In this document: positions 9,238 to 20,084 of the stretch, piece by piece | Position numbering within the stretch: position 1 is the first letter of the stretch | How the letters are laid out: every line of letters begins with the position of its first letter | NCBI GenBank assembly: GCA_948907985.1 | Contig: CAQWMM010000005.1 | Location: 5-64,004 of the forward strand | DNA: 64,000 nt | Source of the DNA: an uncultured Bacillota bacterium | GTDB lineage: Bacteria > Bacillota > Dehalobacteriia > UBA4068 > UBA4997 | Direction: 5' to 3' | Made by a program: the position numbers and the translations under genes | Notes under the pieces: generated by a model | Told to the model about the DNA's origin: nothing | What the model saw: the letters and a program-made list of their open reading frames with translations, nothing else | Databases searched by the model: none

Positions 9238-9975
9238 GTGAATACAGAGGGAGTCAATAAAAATAGAATAGAAAAACTGGGCGAACTGGCCGAAAAACTG
9301 AATTGGCAGGGCGACTTGCATTTGTTGCAGCAGGCGCTGACTCATCCCACTTATTTTGAGGGGCAAAAGACGGTCGGCGATGAGGACAACCAGCGGTTGG
9401 AATTTCTCGGTGATTCTATTTTGGGTTTTGTGGTGGCAAGAGAACTTTTTAAGCGCAATCCTGCCGCCGATGAGGGTTATTTAAGCAAAACCAGAGCGGC
9501 TTTGGTTTGTGAGGGTTCCTTGGCGGATTTGGCCCGGGAGCTTGGCCTGGGTGATTATATCATCATGGGCAAGGGCAGCCTGAAAAACGGCGAGCAGAAC
9601 CGCAATTCCATTTTGGCCGACGCTTTTGAGGCGGTGGTGGGTGCAATGTATCTGGCGCAGGGGCAGGACAAGGTGGAGGCCTTTTTGCTGGCGCGCTTTA
9701 CAACAGAACTGGAAGAAAAGGTGGGCGACCGCTATGAGGATTATAAGGGCTTGATGCAGATGTTGGTGCAAACCCTTTCTGAGCGGCATATTACCTATCA
9801 GCTGCTTTCGGCCACCGGGCCGTCGCACCAGCGCACCTTTACGGTGGCTTTGGTCTATTGTGGTGAAACTTTGGCCTCGGCCTCCGGCCCCAGCAAAAAA
9901 GAGGCGGAACAAAAGGCCGCCCGGCTGGCCTGGCAGCGGCAGGATGAATGGGTGGCGCGGCTGGCGCGCGGTTGA
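9238..9975 (+). CDS. rnc: Ribonuclease III
   Basis: ERLEFLGDSILG RNase III signature; C-terminal dsRBD. Confidence 0.95.
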   Translation: MNTEGVNKNRIEKLGELAEKLNWQGDLHLLQQALTHPTYFEGQKTVGDEDNQRLEFLGDSILGFVVARELFKRNPAADEGYLSKTRAALVCEGSLADLARELGLGDYIIMGKGSLKNGEQNRNSILADAFEAVVGAMYLAQGQDKVEAFLLARFTTELEEKVGDRYEDYKGLMQMLVQTLSERHITYQLLSATGPSHQRTFTVALVYCGETLASASGPSKKEAEQKAARLAWQRQDEWVARLARG

Positions 9976-10008
9976 TTAAATTGCTAAAAATGAGAAGTGA
10001 GGTGGAAT

Positions 10009-11079
10009 ATGGCGCAGGCAAAAAAACATATTCTGCCTTTTTTTATTCCGCATTTGGGCTGTCCGCAGCAGTGCGTTTTCTGTGATCAGCATAAGATTAC
10101 CGGGCAGCAGCCGCCGGCGGCGGAACAAATTGCCGCGGCTATTGTTGCTTTGCCGCCGGAATTGGCGGCTGATTTTGAGTTGGCGTTTTATGGCGGCAGT
10201 TTTACCGCCTTGCCGCTGGATTTGCAGACATATTATTTGGAACCGGCGCGGCGCGCTCTGGCCGAGGGCCGGCTTGGCTCGGTGCGGGTTTCTACCCGGC
10301 CTGATTGCATTAACCCGCAGATTTTAACGGTTTTGCGTCAATACGGGGTTAATACGGTGGAATTGGGCGTACAGTCGATGCTAGATGAGGTTTTGCAAAA
10401 AGCCCGGCGCGGCCATACGGCGGCGCAGGCGTTGGCGGCGCTCCGTTTGTTGCAGCAGGCCGGCTTTACCGCCGGGGTTCAGCTGATGCCCGGCCTGCCG
10501 GGTGAAAGCCCGGCAGCTTGTCTGGCGGGGGCCGGGCTGCTGCTGCGGGAGCGGCCTGCTATGCTGCGCATTTATCCGACTGTGGTTTTGCAGGGCTCTG
10601 GCCTGGCTGCTTTATATCAGCGGGGGCAATACCAGCCGCTGACTCTGGACGAGGCGGCGGCGGTTACGCTGGCGTTGAAAATTATGGCCGATGATTTGGG
10701 GATAAAAGTGATCCGGATGGGCTTGCAGCCAAGCGAAACCCTGAACAGTCAGGTGTTGGCCGGACCCTATCATCAAGCCTTTGGCAGTTTGGTGCAGGGA
10801 CTTTACTGGCGGAATAAAATTCTTTGGGCGCTGCAAAAATGGCCGGGCGCGCAGGTGGTTGCTCTGGCCCGGCAGGATATATCGGCGGCGGTTGGCCATA
10901 AACGGCAGAATACGGCTTTTTATCAACAGCTTGTGCCGGGATTGCGGATTACGGCCGCTGACCTACCGGTCGGTTCATCATTGCTTATTTGGGCGGATGG
11001 CCGGCGGCAAATGTTTACGGATGTTGATTTTCGGCGCGGTTGTGATGTTATAGGCTGTGTAATGGCGGGGATCGTTTAG
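10009..11079 (+). CDS. Radical SAM protein (the conserved rnc–smc intervening gene of Clostridia-like genomes)
   Basis: CPQQCVFC = CX3CX2C motif near the N-terminus. Located between rnc and smc. Confidence 0.75.
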   Translation: MAQAKKHILPFFIPHLGCPQQCVFCDQHKITGQQPPAAEQIAAAIVALPPELAADFELAFYGGSFTALPLDLQTYYLEPARRALAEGRLGSVRVSTRPDCINPQILTVLRQYGVNTVELGVQSMLDEVLQKARRGHTAAQALAALRLLQQAGFTAGVQLMPGLPGESPAACLAGAGLLLRERPAMLRIYPTVVLQGSGLAALYQRGQYQPLTLDEAAAVTLALKIMADDLGIKVIRMGLQPSETLNSQVLAGPYHQAFGSLVQGLYWRNKILWALQKWPGAQVVALARQDISAAVGHKRQNTAFYQQLVPGLRITAADLPVGSSLLIWADGRRQMFTDVDFRRGCDVIGCVMAGIV

Positions 11080-11098
11080 AGAGGGAGTTTTTATTGGT

Positions 11099-14000
11099 AT
11101 GTACTTAAAGAGCATTGAGTTGTCCGGGTTCAAATCTTTCACTAACCGTACGGTTATTAAGCTGGAGGACGGAATTTCCTGCATTGTGGGGCCAAACGGC
11201 AGCGGCAAGTCCAATATTGCCGACGCTGTGCGCTGGGTTTTGGGGGAACAAAGCGCCAAAATTCTGCGCGGCCACAAAATGGAGGATATTATTTTTGCCG
11301 GCTCGGACAAGCGCAAACCGCTGGGTATGGCGGAGGTTACCTTGCATATTGATAATTCGGACGGCAGTCTGCCTTTGGAATTTTCGGCGGTCAGCGTTTG
11401 CCGGCGCGCCTATCGCGACGGGGATTCCGAGTATTTGCTTAATGGGCGGCAGTGTCGCCTGACGGACATTCGCGAACTTTTTATGGACAGCGGTATTAGT
11501 AATAATTCTCTGGCGCTGATTGGCCAGGGACGGATTCAGGAAGTTGTGAATATGAAACCGGACGAGCGCCGGCTGCTTTTGGAGGACGCCGCCGGTATTG
11601 TGAAGTATCGGGCGCGCAAACAGACTGCGCAGCGCAAGCTGGCTGATACGGAACAAAATTTGACGCGTCTTTGGGATATTATCAGCGAGCTTACGGTGCG
11701 TTTGGCCCCTTTGGCGGAACAAAGCAGCCAGGCGGAGACCTTTTTGCGCCTTAAGGAACAGGCGGATAAGCAAGAAATTAACCTGATTTTACAAAATATG
11801 CAGGAAAATCGCCAGAGTTTGCAGGAAAACGCCGCCGCTCTGGCCGAAACTCAACTCTTGCTTGAACAGGCGGACAGCCGCCGCCTGCATTTGGAGGCTG
11901 ATTTAGCGGCGGCAAGGCTGGCCAGTGATCAAGCGGAGGGCCGGCTTGTGGAGGAGCGGCAGCAGTTTTTTGATTTGAAATCCAAACGTGAACAGGCCGA
12001 GGCGCAAAGCCGGCTTTGGCAGGAAAAGCTGCATACGGCGGAGGACAATATTCAGCGTTTGCAGGGGGAGCTTGCGCGGCTGTTGCAGCAGGACAGCGGT
12101 TTTATGGCCGAGGTGGAACGCCTGCGCCAGGGTGCGGCAACGGCTAAGGAAGATTGGCAGCGCCAGGAAGAGAGCGTCAAAGAGCAGGAACAGACCTTTG
12201 CCGCCAGGCGGGAAGAGGTGGAAAATTTGCAGGCCGAGCAGGAGATTGCCCGGCAGGAAATTTTGGATAACACCGGCCAGTTGGCTAATTTGCAGAACGA
12301 GCAGACTTTTTTGGCCAGATCGGCAGCGGAAATTGAGCAGAATATGTTAAACACGCGGCGGGATATAAACGCCTTGCTGGGCGAGAAACAGGAACTGGCG
12401 CGGCAAACCGGGCAGTTGCAGGCTAACTTGCAGGCTTTGCAGCAAAAACGCGCCGCTAACCAAGAGCGGCTTTTGCAGCTGGGCCAGGATTTGGACGCGC
12501 AGGAGGCGCGCATTGTGCAGGCTAATGAGGCCAGCGTGGCGGTGCGTATGAAATTGAACAGTGAGGAATCGCGCTTAAAAATTTTAACGGAGATGGCGGA
12601 AAACAAAAGCGGCTTTTATCCCGGCGTGCGCGCGGTACTGCGGGGGCGGCAGCAGGGGCGTTTGCAGACCGACGGCGTTTTGGGCGTGGTTCTGGATTTG
12701 ATTGAGTCGGAGAGTCGGTATAGTTTGGCATTGGAGGCCGCGGTGGGCGCCGGCTTGCAAAATTTGGTGGTCAGCGACGACCGGGCGGCGCGCGCCTGCG
12801 TGGCTTATTTGAAAAAGGAAAAACTGGGCCGCGCGACCTTTTTGCCGCTGGCCAGCCTGAAGTGGCGGCTTAATGCCGAACTGACGCAGGCGCTTGCGCA
12901 CCCCGGCGTGATTGGCCGCTGTTCTGACGTGGTTCAATGCCGGCCGGAGGTGCGCCCGGCGGTAGAATTTTTGTTTGCGAATATTTTGTTGGTGGAAGAT
13001 TTGGACGTGGCCGCCGAGGTGGCGCGTTTGCACCGTCAACAGTTTAAGATTGTTACGCTGGCCGGGGATATAATTTCGCCGGGCGGTTCAATTACCGGCG
13101 GCAGCCGGCAGAAAAATGCCGGCGATTTGCTGCAAAAGAAAAATCAGCTGGCCGAACTTAAACACAGCGTGCAGCAGTTGAAACAGCAGGGCGAACAGGG
13201 ACAGCAGAATTTGTTGGCTTTGCAGGCCGACCGGGACAGGCTGGCGGCGGAGCGCGGCAGCCTGGCGGAGGCCGACCGGGAACTGGAACTGCAATATCTT
13301 GGTAAGGTTAAGGATATAAGCCATCTGCGCGATAATCTGGCCGATAAAGAGGAGCAAACGGTGCAGTTAGAGCGCGCCCTGGCCGATAGTGAGCGCGAGC
13401 GCGGGCTGGTGCTTGGCCGGCAGAAAGAACTGGCCGGAGAGCTGAAAAGCTGGGATGACATCAGCCGGCGCGCCAATCAGGCGCTGGCCGATTTGCAGCG
13501 GCGGCAGGAAGAACAGAACAAGGCCCTGGAGCAGGGGCGGCAGGCATTAGAGCAGGGCCGCTTGCAGGCTTTGGCCAAACAGCAGGAGTATCAAACATTA
13601 GCCAATGATTTGGCGCGCTTGCAGGCGGAAAAGGGGAGCCTTTTTGCCCAGAAAGAGGAAAAAGAACAGGCTTTGCTGGAGTGGCAGACGCAGCAGGGCG
13701 CAATGCAGCAGGCCTGGCAGGGCAAGCAGCAGGAAGTTCAGGCTTTTTTTGCCCAAATTGAACGGGCCGAAGAGAATTTGCAGCAGCTAACCGAGGAGCT
13801 GGGCGGGCGCAGGCGGCAGATTGAAGACTGGGATCGTCAGGTGGCGGCCCTGCGTCAGGAGTCGGCGCGCTTTAATCAGGAACTTACGCAGTTGAAGGTG
13901 AAAGAGGCGCGTTTGCAGGCGGAGGATAACGCCGACAGCCAAAAGCTGGCCGAGGGCTTTGAACTCAGCTATGAACAGGCCCTGCCGCTTCTGGACACGA

Positions 14001-14677
14001 AACTGGGCCGCCTGGAACTGACGCAAAACCTTAAACAGCTGAAAAAACAGCTGGCGACGCTGGGTAACGTTAATCTGGAGGCCATTGAGGAATATCGTCA
14101 GGTGCGGGAGCGGCACGAATTTTTGTCAACGCAGCGGGAGGATTTGTTGGAGGCGCATGCTTCTTTAAATAACGTGATTCAGGAAATGGATGAAATTATG
14201 GCCAAACGCTTCCGCGAGACCTTTGAACAGGTTAACCGCAATTTTGGCCAAACCTTTGTGCAGCTTTTTGGCGGCGGTTCCGCCTCGCTGTTTTTAACCG
14301 AGCCGGACGAAATTTTGAATACCGGCGTGGATTTGCTGGTGCAGCCGCCGGGCAAAAAACTGATTAATTATAACCTGCTTTCCGGCGGTGAAAAGTCTTT
14401 AATCGGCGTGGCGCTGGTGTTGGCTATTTTTCAGTTTAGGCCCAGCCCGTTCTGTATTCTGGACGAGGTGGACGCCGCCCTGGACGAGGCTAATGTGGAA
14501 AGGTTCGCCGATTATATCAAAATGTTTAAGCAGAAAACCCAGTTTATTGTGGTAACGCATCGCCAGGGCACTATGGAAGCCGCCGACCGGCTTTGGGGCG
14601 TTACTATGGAGAAAGACGGGGTTTCTAAAATTGTATCGGTGCGGCTGACTGACGATTTGCAGCAGTATGTTTCCTGA
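11099..14677 (+). CDS. smc: Chromosome segregation protein SMC
   Basis: 1192 aa; Walker A GPNGSGKSN; long coiled coils; hinge; C-terminal LSGGEKSL and DEVDAALD. Confidence 0.97.
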   Translation: MYLKSIELSGFKSFTNRTVIKLEDGISCIVGPNGSGKSNIADAVRWVLGEQSAKILRGHKMEDIIFAGSDKRKPLGMAEVTLHIDNSDGSLPLEFSAVSVCRRAYRDGDSEYLLNGRQCRLTDIRELFMDSGISNNSLALIGQGRIQEVVNMKPDERRLLLEDAAGIVKYRARKQTAQRKLADTEQNLTRLWDIISELTVRLAPLAEQSSQAETFLRLKEQADKQEINLILQNMQENRQSLQENAAALAETQLLLEQADSRRLHLEADLAAARLASDQAEGRLVEERQQFFDLKSKREQAEAQSRLWQEKLHTAEDNIQRLQGELARLLQQDSGFMAEVERLRQGAATAKEDWQRQEESVKEQEQTFAARREEVENLQAEQEIARQEILDNTGQLANLQNEQTFLARSAAEIEQNMLNTRRDINALLGEKQELARQTGQLQANLQALQQKRAANQERLLQLGQDLDAQEARIVQANEASVAVRMKLNSEESRLKILTEMAENKSGFYPGVRAVLRGRQQGRLQTDGVLGVVLDLIESESRYSLALEAAVGAGLQNLVVSDDRAARACVAYLKKEKLGRATFLPLASLKWRLNAELTQALAHPGVIGRCSDVVQCRPEVRPAVEFLFANILLVEDLDVAAEVARLHRQQFKIVTLAGDIISPGGSITGGSRQKNAGDLLQKKNQLAELKHSVQQLKQQGEQGQQNLLALQADRDRLAAERGSLAEADRELELQYLGKVKDISHLRDNLADKEEQTVQLERALADSERERGLVLGRQKELAGELKSWDDISRRANQALADLQRRQEEQNKALEQGRQALEQGRLQALAKQQEYQTLANDLARLQAEKGSLFAQKEEKEQALLEWQTQQGAMQQAWQGKQQEVQAFFAQIERAEENLQQLTEELGGRRRQIEDWDRQVAALRQESARFNQELTQLKVKEARLQAEDNADSQKLAEGFELSYEQALPLLDTKLGRLELTQNLKQLKKQLATLGNVNLEAIEEYRQVRERHEFLSTQREDLLEAHASLNNVIQEMDEIMAKRFRETFEQVNRNFGQTFVQLFGGGSASLFLTEPDEILNTGVDLLVQPPGKKLINYNLLSGGEKSLIGVALVLAIFQFRPSPFCILDEVDAALDEANVERFADYIKMFKQKTQFIVVTHRQGTMEAADRLWGVTMEKDGVSKIVSVRLTDDLQQYVS

Positions 14678-14753
14678 TTTTGGCTAAAAACTTGCTATAA
14701 ATAAAAAATTGTGTTAAAATAAATGTATAATATAGAAATAAGGGGGCTGCGGT

Positions 14754-15728
14754 ATGGGTTTTTTTGCAAAGCTGAAACAGGGTTTGACGAAAACACGCGA
14801 TGATTTTAATAATAAGCTTGCCCAGGTTTTTTCTCTGGGGCGTAAAATAGATGAAGAATTTTATGAGGATTTGGAAGAGACACTGATTCAGGCGGATGTT
14901 GGCGTGCAGACAGCGATTGAGCTGACCGAGCGCCTGCGCGAGATTGAGAAAAAGGAGCATATCCGCGAGGCCGAACCTTTGCGCCAGGCTTTGCAGGACG
15001 AGATTGTTAAAATCATCAAAGGCTCGGAGGAGGGCGAAAATAAAAACCGCTTTCTGCTTAAGGGCGGCCGATTGAATATCATTTTGGTGGTGGGCGTAAA
15101 CGGCGCCGGCAAAACCACCACCATTGGCAAGATGGCCGCTTATTATCACAGTATTGGGCATAACGTTTTGCTGGCGGCGGCTGATACTTTTCGCGCTGCG
15201 GCGATTGAACAGCTTTGTATGTGGGGCGAGCGGGCCGGCGTAGATGTGATCCGGCAGAACAGCGGTTCTGATCCGGGGGCGGTGGTTTTTGACGCTTGCC
15301 AGGCGGCGGTATCGCGCGGCACTAACATTTTGATTGTGGATACGGCCGGGCGGCTGCAAAATAAAACCAACTTAATGGAAGAACTGCGCAAAATCAACCG
15401 GATTATTGAGCGTGAGGCGCCGCAGGCCAATGTGGAAGTTCTGCTGGTGTTAGACGCCGGCACCGGTCAGAACGCTATCAGCCAGGCCAAGCTTTTTGGC
15501 GAGGTTGTGCCGCTTTCCGGCATTATTTTGACCAAGCTGGACGGTACGGCTAAGGGCGGCGTGGTGATTGGTATTGCCAACGAGCTGAATTTGCCGGTGA
15601 AGATGATTGGCGTTGGCGAGGGCGTTGATGACCTGCGCGAGTTTGTGGCGGCGGACTTTGCGGCGGCGCTGTTTGCCGACGACCATGAAGAGACTAGCAA
15701 TTATGATGTTTTGCGGGAGGAGGAATAG
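14754..15728 (+). CDS. ftsY: Signal recognition particle receptor FtsY
   Basis: MGFFAKLKQGLTKTRDDF N-terminus; GVNGAGKTTTIGK; DTAGR; TKLDGTAKGG. Confidence 0.95.
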   Translation: MGFFAKLKQGLTKTRDDFNNKLAQVFSLGRKIDEEFYEDLEETLIQADVGVQTAIELTERLREIEKKEHIREAEPLRQALQDEIVKIIKGSEEGENKNRFLLKGGRLNIILVVGVNGAGKTTTIGKMAAYYHSIGHNVLLAAADTFRAAAIEQLCMWGERAGVDVIRQNSGSDPGAVVFDACQAAVSRGTNILIVDTAGRLQNKTNLMEELRKINRIIEREAPQANVEVLLVLDAGTGQNAISQAKLFGEVVPLSGIILTKLDGTAKGGVVIGIANELNLPVKMIGVGEGVDDLREFVAADFAAALFADDHEETSNYDVLREEE

Positions 15729-15731
15729 AAC

Positions 15732-16469
15732 ATGTTGGCTTTGATTGCCGGAACCGGCTTTTATGATTGGGACGCTCTGCGTAATCAGCAGGAAAAACGA
15801 ATTGTTACTCCGTATGGCGAGGCGAATGTTTTTCTGGGCGAGGTGGAGGGGCCGGCCGGCCCCAAACCGCTGGTGTTTTTGCCGCGCCATGCCCGCAACC
15901 ACAGCATACCGCCGCATCTGATTAATTATCGTGCCAATATCTGGGCGCTGCAAAGTCTGGGAGTGCAGAAGATTATTGCGGTTAACGCGGTGGGCTCGCT
16001 GCTGCGCGAGGTGCCGCCGGGCAGCATTGTTTTAGTTGATGATTTTATCGACTTCACCTATGGGCGGGAGCATACTTTTTTCACCGGCGGCGAAACCGGC
16101 GTCAGACATACGGATATGACGCACTGCTACGACGAGGACTGGCAGAGCCAGATTAAGGCGGCGGCGGCGCGTGCGAAAATTCCCCTGGTGGAGGGCGGGG
16201 TATATGTTTGCGTGCAGGGGCCGCGTTTTGAATCCCGCGCCGAGATCAGGGCTTATGCCCGGATGGGTGGTACGATTTCCGGCATGACCGGCGTGCCGGA
16301 AGTTACGCTGGCTAACGAATTGGGTATTAAGTATGGTTCGTTGGCCATGGTAACCAATTTTGCCTGCGGCCTGGCGGATAAAGTAACCCATGAAGAGGTT
16401 ACGGAGTTGATGGGGATTAACGCTGAACGCCTGGCTAAAATATTGCTGGAGCTGGTTTGGACTTATTAA
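15732..16469 (+). CDS. mtnP: 5'-methylthioadenosine/purine nucleoside phosphorylase (MTAP family)
   Basis: 245 aa PNP/MTAP fold (LIAGTG...; ...MTGVPEVTLA). Confidence 0.75.
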   Translation: MLALIAGTGFYDWDALRNQQEKRIVTPYGEANVFLGEVEGPAGPKPLVFLPRHARNHSIPPHLINYRANIWALQSLGVQKIIAVNAVGSLLREVPPGSIVLVDDFIDFTYGREHTFFTGGETGVRHTDMTHCYDEDWQSQIKAAAARAKIPLVEGGVYVCVQGPRFESRAEIRAYARMGGTISGMTGVPEVTLANELGIKYGSLAMVTNFACGLADKVTHEEVTELMGINAERLAKILLELVWTY

Positions 16470-16522
16470 AAGTGCTAAAATTAAATTTCGCTGCATATGC
16501 TTAAACATCCTAAATAAAGCAG

Positions 16523-17053
16523 GTGAGCATAATGGCGGAAAATATCGTTTTGGTTGGTATGATGGGCGTGGGCAAAACGGCGGTGGGCCGGCTGTTGGCT
16601 GAAGAGCTGGATTTTGATTTTGTCGATTTGGACTCGGAACTGGAGCGGGTTTGCGGGCTTAAGCTGCCGCAGATTTACAGCAAGTACGGAGCGATTCGCT
16701 TTTATTCAGAGGATAAGCTTTTGCTGCGCAAACAGCTGGGCAAAAGCGGTTTGGTGCTGGCCGCTGACGGAGCTCTGCCGCCTGACGAGCAGCAGCTTGA
16801 ACTTTGGCGGCAGCTGGGCTGCGTTATTTGGTTAAAAGCTGATCCTGACACTATTTTCCGGCGGGTAAGGCGTAAAAATAACCGGATTTTTCTGCCCAGA
16901 CAGGCTGACGCCGAAAGTGTGCGGCAGATGGCGGAGGCGCGCGCCGCGCTATACGCCGCTGCGGCGGAGTATAGTATTGACGTTGATAAATGGGCGCTGG
17001 AAGAAGTTGCCAGTAAAATATTGGGATTTTATCACAACAAAGCGCAAAGTTAG
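16523..17053 (+). CDS. aroK: Shikimate kinase
   Basis: NIVLVGMMGVGKTAVGRLLA Walker A; 176 aa. Confidence 0.9.
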   Translation: MSIMAENIVLVGMMGVGKTAVGRLLAEELDFDFVDLDSELERVCGLKLPQIYSKYGAIRFYSEDKLLLRKQLGKSGLVLAADGALPPDEQQLELWRQLGCVIWLKADPDTIFRRVRRKNNRIFLPRQADAESVRQMAEARAALYAAAAEYSIDVDKWALEEVASKILGFYHNKAQS

Positions 17054-17259
17054 CTTTTGTTGGCAAAAAATGATTCGATATTGCGGTAAATACCGCGGCA
17101 GGACTTAAATAATACCTGCGCAGCGGCCCTGGCCGCCCCGGTCAGGGCGCAGATAACGGCGAATAAATATAACAGAAAAGCGGCAATCAGGCTGATTGCC
17201 AGCCAGACGGCGATTAGTCCGGTGATTATTAAGGCGGTTAACGCCCAAAATTTGTCCAC
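17050..17259 (-). CDS. Small two-TM membrane protein, unknown function
   Basis: 69 aa with two hydrophobic helices; no recognisable family. Overlaps the aroK stop by 4 nt. Confidence 0.35.
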   Translation of the reverse strand: MDKFWALTALIITGLIAVWLAISLIAAFLLYLFAVICALTGAARAAAQVLFKSCRGIYRNIESFFANKS

Positions 17260-17383
17260 GGCAACAGGCCCCCTATGTCAGTTTTCTGTGCTGTTTGTTA
17301 TATAATATGCAGGTTTTTGGCGGCAAGCTAATGTGTTTGTAAAATTATCCAGGATAAAGTTTGCACTTTCTTTGCCTAAACGC

Positions 17384-17412
17384 TTGACAAGTTTGTCTTA
17401 AATATATAAAAT
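17384..17412 (+). promoter_or_regulatory. Strong sigma-A-like promoter (TTGACA-17-TAAAAT) about 330 nt upstream of rny
   Basis: cgcTTGACAagtttgtcttaaatataTAAAAT. Confidence 0.5.
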
Positions 17413-17739
17413 AATAGGTAGTTATAAAAATACAGAATAATTTTTATGGCTTTTAGAATAAATTTTTACATTCCTTTGGTTTTATTCTGATTTATATATT
17501 GGCTGTTTGCGGCCTGATTCTTATAGCATGATTGTTGCGTATTATTGAGCAGAACTTTTAAAGCAAAGTTTAAGCAAGATTGTTGAGATAAGTTGATTAT
17601 TGGAATATTGGGGGAAGATTGTGTTCTTTTGCCCACCAGGTTGTTATGTACAAATTTATTCTGATGGCCCATCACTTCTGGTGATTGGGCTATTTTTATG
17701 AAAATCAAAAAAACAAAAATTACCAAAGGAGGTGAAGGA

Positions 17740-19299
17740 ATGCCGCAATTTTCAATTAGCAGTGTACTTATTAATCTTGTGTTTCTGGTGGTTGGTCTGG
17801 CGCTGGGCTATTTTGCGGGTTCGGTTTTTTACCGTAAAATAGTGGAAGCTAAGTTGGGCGCGGCCAAAGGAACTATTGATAAAATGCTGGATGATGCGGC
17901 TAAGGACGCGGAATCCCTGAAAAAGGAGGCTCTGTTGGAAGCTAAAGACGAAATCTTCAAGCAGCGCACCCAGGCGGAGGACGAGGCCAAAGCGCGGCGC
18001 AATGAGTTGAACCAGATGGAACAGCGCCTGCTGCAAAAGGAAGATACTCTGGATAAAAAACTTGATGGGATTGAGCGCAAAGAGGCCAAGCTGCATCAAA
18101 AAAATATTGAGCTGGATTCACAGCGGGAGAAAATTCAGGCATTGGAACAGGAACAGATGGCCGAACTGGAAAAAATATCCGGTTTGACGTCTGAACAGGC
18201 CAAGGAGCAACTGTTGGCCGACGTTAACAAAGAGGTTCAGGTGGATATGGCCACTATGATCCGGGAAATGGAGGCCGAGGCCAAGGACGAGGCCGAAAAT
18301 AAGGCGCGGGAGATTATCACCGAGGCCATTCAGCGCGTGGCCGCCGACCATGCGGTGGAAAGTACGGTTTCGGTGGTGGCGCTGCCTAACGAGGAAATGA
18401 AAGGCCGGATTATTGGCCGCGAAGGGCGCAACATCCGGGCGCTGGAGAATTTGACCGGCATTGATTTAATTATCGACGATACGCCGGAGGCTGTGATCCT
18501 TTCCGGCTTTGATTCGGTGCGCCGCGAAATTGCCCGCATTGCCCTGGGCAAACTGATTTTAGACGGCCGGATTCATCCTGCCCGCATTGAGGAAATGGTG
18601 GAGAAAGCCAAAAAAGAAGTGGAGCAGAAAATTCGTCAGGAGGGCGAACAGGCGGTTTTGGAAACCGGTGTGCGCGGCTTGCATATTGAGCTGGTTAAGC
18701 TGCTGGGGCGTTTGCATTATCGTACCAGCTATGGCCAGAATGTGCTGAAACATTCTATTGAGGTTTCGCATCTGGCCGGGGTTATGGCCGCCGAGATTGG
18801 CGCCGATGTTGCCCTGGCTAAGCGTGCCGGTTTGCTGCATGATATTGGTAAGGCGTTGAATCAGGAAATGGAAGGCTCACATGTGGAGATCGGCGCGGAT
18901 ATTGCCAAAAAATATCATGAAAGCAAACAGGTTGTGCATGGTATTTTGGCGCACCACGGCGACGTGGAGGTGGAATCCGTGGAGGCGGCTTTGGTGCAGG
19001 CGGCCGACGCTATTTCAGCAGCCAGACCGGGCGCGCGCCGGGATACGCTGGAATCTTACATCAAACGTATGGAGAAATTGGAATCCATTGCCAACGATTT
19101 TGAGGGCGTGGAAACGGCCTATGCTATCCAGGCCGGCCGTGAACTGCGTATTATCTTAAAACCGGAGAAAGTGGCGGAGAGCCGCGCCGAGGTTATGGTG
19201 CGCGAGATTGTGAAACGCATTGAGGCCGAATTAGATTATCCCGGCCAAATCAAGGTGGTTCTGATCCGCGAAACCAGAGTTACGGATTACGCTAAATAG
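17740..19299 (+). CDS. rny: Ribonuclease Y
   Basis: N-terminal TM helix, coiled coil, KH domain ([15 protein letters not shown]), HD domain (LLHDIGKA). ATG 7 nt after AAAGGAGGTGAAGGA. Confidence 0.95.
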   Translation: MPQFSISSVLINLVFLVVGLALGYFAGSVFYRKIVEAKLGAAKGTIDKMLDDAAKDAESLKKEALLEAKDEIFKQRTQAEDEAKARRNELNQMEQRLLQKEDTLDKKLDGIERKEAKLHQKNIELDSQREKIQALEQEQMAELEKISGLTSEQAKEQLLADVNKEVQVDMATMIREMEAEAKDEAENKAREIITEAIQRVAADHAVESTVSVVALPNEEMKGRIIGREGRNIRALENLTGIDLIIDDTPEAVILSGFDSVRREIARIALGKLILDGRIHPARIEEMVEKAKKEVEQKIRQEGEQAVLETGVRGLHIELVKLLGRLHYRTSYGQNVLKHSIEVSHLAGVMAAEIGADVALAKRAGLLHDIGKALNQEMEGSHVEIGADIAKKYHESKQVVHGILAHHGDVEVESVEAALVQAADAISAARPGARRDTLESYIKRMEKLESIANDFEGVETAYAIQAGRELRIILKPEKVAESRAEVMVREIVKRIEAELDYPGQIKVVLIRETRVTDYAK

Positions 19300-19319
19300 T
19301 CGGTTTGTGAATTAAACTG

Positions 19320-19357
19320 TTAAAGCCGTCTTTGTATCTGCAAGGACGGCTTTAATC
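19320..19357 (+). terminator. Rho-independent terminator after rny
   Basis: ttaaagccgtctttgtatctgcaaggacggctttaatc. Confidence 0.7.
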
Positions 19358-19397
19358 TATATATAACGTTTGTTATAGGAGGAATACGTTTTATATT

Positions 19398-20036
19398 ATG
19401 CTTTATTTCTGGCAGGGGTTCAGCGTGGGCCTGGCTTATTCCGCGCCGCTTGGCCTGCAAAATCTATTCATCATAAATTCGGCGCTTAGCTGCCGTTTGC
19501 GTCGCGCTCTGCTGATTGCTTTAATCGTGCTGTTTTTTGACGCGGCGCTCTCTTTGGGCTGCTTTTTCGGCATTGGCGCGATTATGCAGCGCTGGTTTTG
19601 GCTGCAAATGTTGGTTTTGCTGGCCGGCGGTTTGATTGTCGGTTTTATTGGCTTGCGCCTGCTGCGCTCGCAACCGCCGGATATTACTTTGAACGCCAAA
19701 CCGCCGTCTGTTCGCCAGACTATTGCCACGGCCTGCGTGGTAACCTGGTTTAATCCACAGGCGTTGATTGACGGCACTATGATGTTAGGCGCTTTTCAGG
19801 TTGGTCTGCCGCCTGGGCAGGGGGCGGCCTTTATCGAGGGCGTGGTTTTGGCCAGCCTGTGTTGGTTTGTGATTTTGACTTTGCTGGTTTCCGGTCTGCG
19901 TGCCAAATTTAACGCTAAAGTGCTGCATATCATCAATTTGGTTTGCGGCGCGGTGATTATTTTTTATGCCGGCAAACTGCTGTGGAATTTTGGACGGTTG
20001 TTGAGTAATTGCTTTGACAACGGCAATGCGTTTTAG
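19398..20036 (+). CDS. LysE/RhtB-type amino-acid exporter
   Basis: 212 aa polytopic; LysE-family N-terminus MLYFWQGFSVGLAYSAPLG. Confidence 0.7.
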   Translation: MLYFWQGFSVGLAYSAPLGLQNLFIINSALSCRLRRALLIALIVLFFDAALSLGCFFGIGAIMQRWFWLQMLVLLAGGLIVGFIGLRLLRSQPPDITLNAKPPSVRQTIATACVVTWFNPQALIDGTMMLGAFQVGLPPGQGAAFIEGVVLASLCWFVILTLLVSGLRAKFNAKVLHIINLVCGAVIIFYAGKLLWNFGRLLSNCFDNGNAF

Positions 20037-20084
20037 GTGAGAAATATAGTTCCAAAAAAATATGACAAATAAGCTACATATAGC

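Noticed and set aside
17698-17739. N-terminal [14 protein letters not shown] extension of rny
   Set aside because: The AAAGGAGGTGAAGGA Shine-Dalgarno lies inside this extension, 7 nt before the second ATG. Real start taken as 17740.
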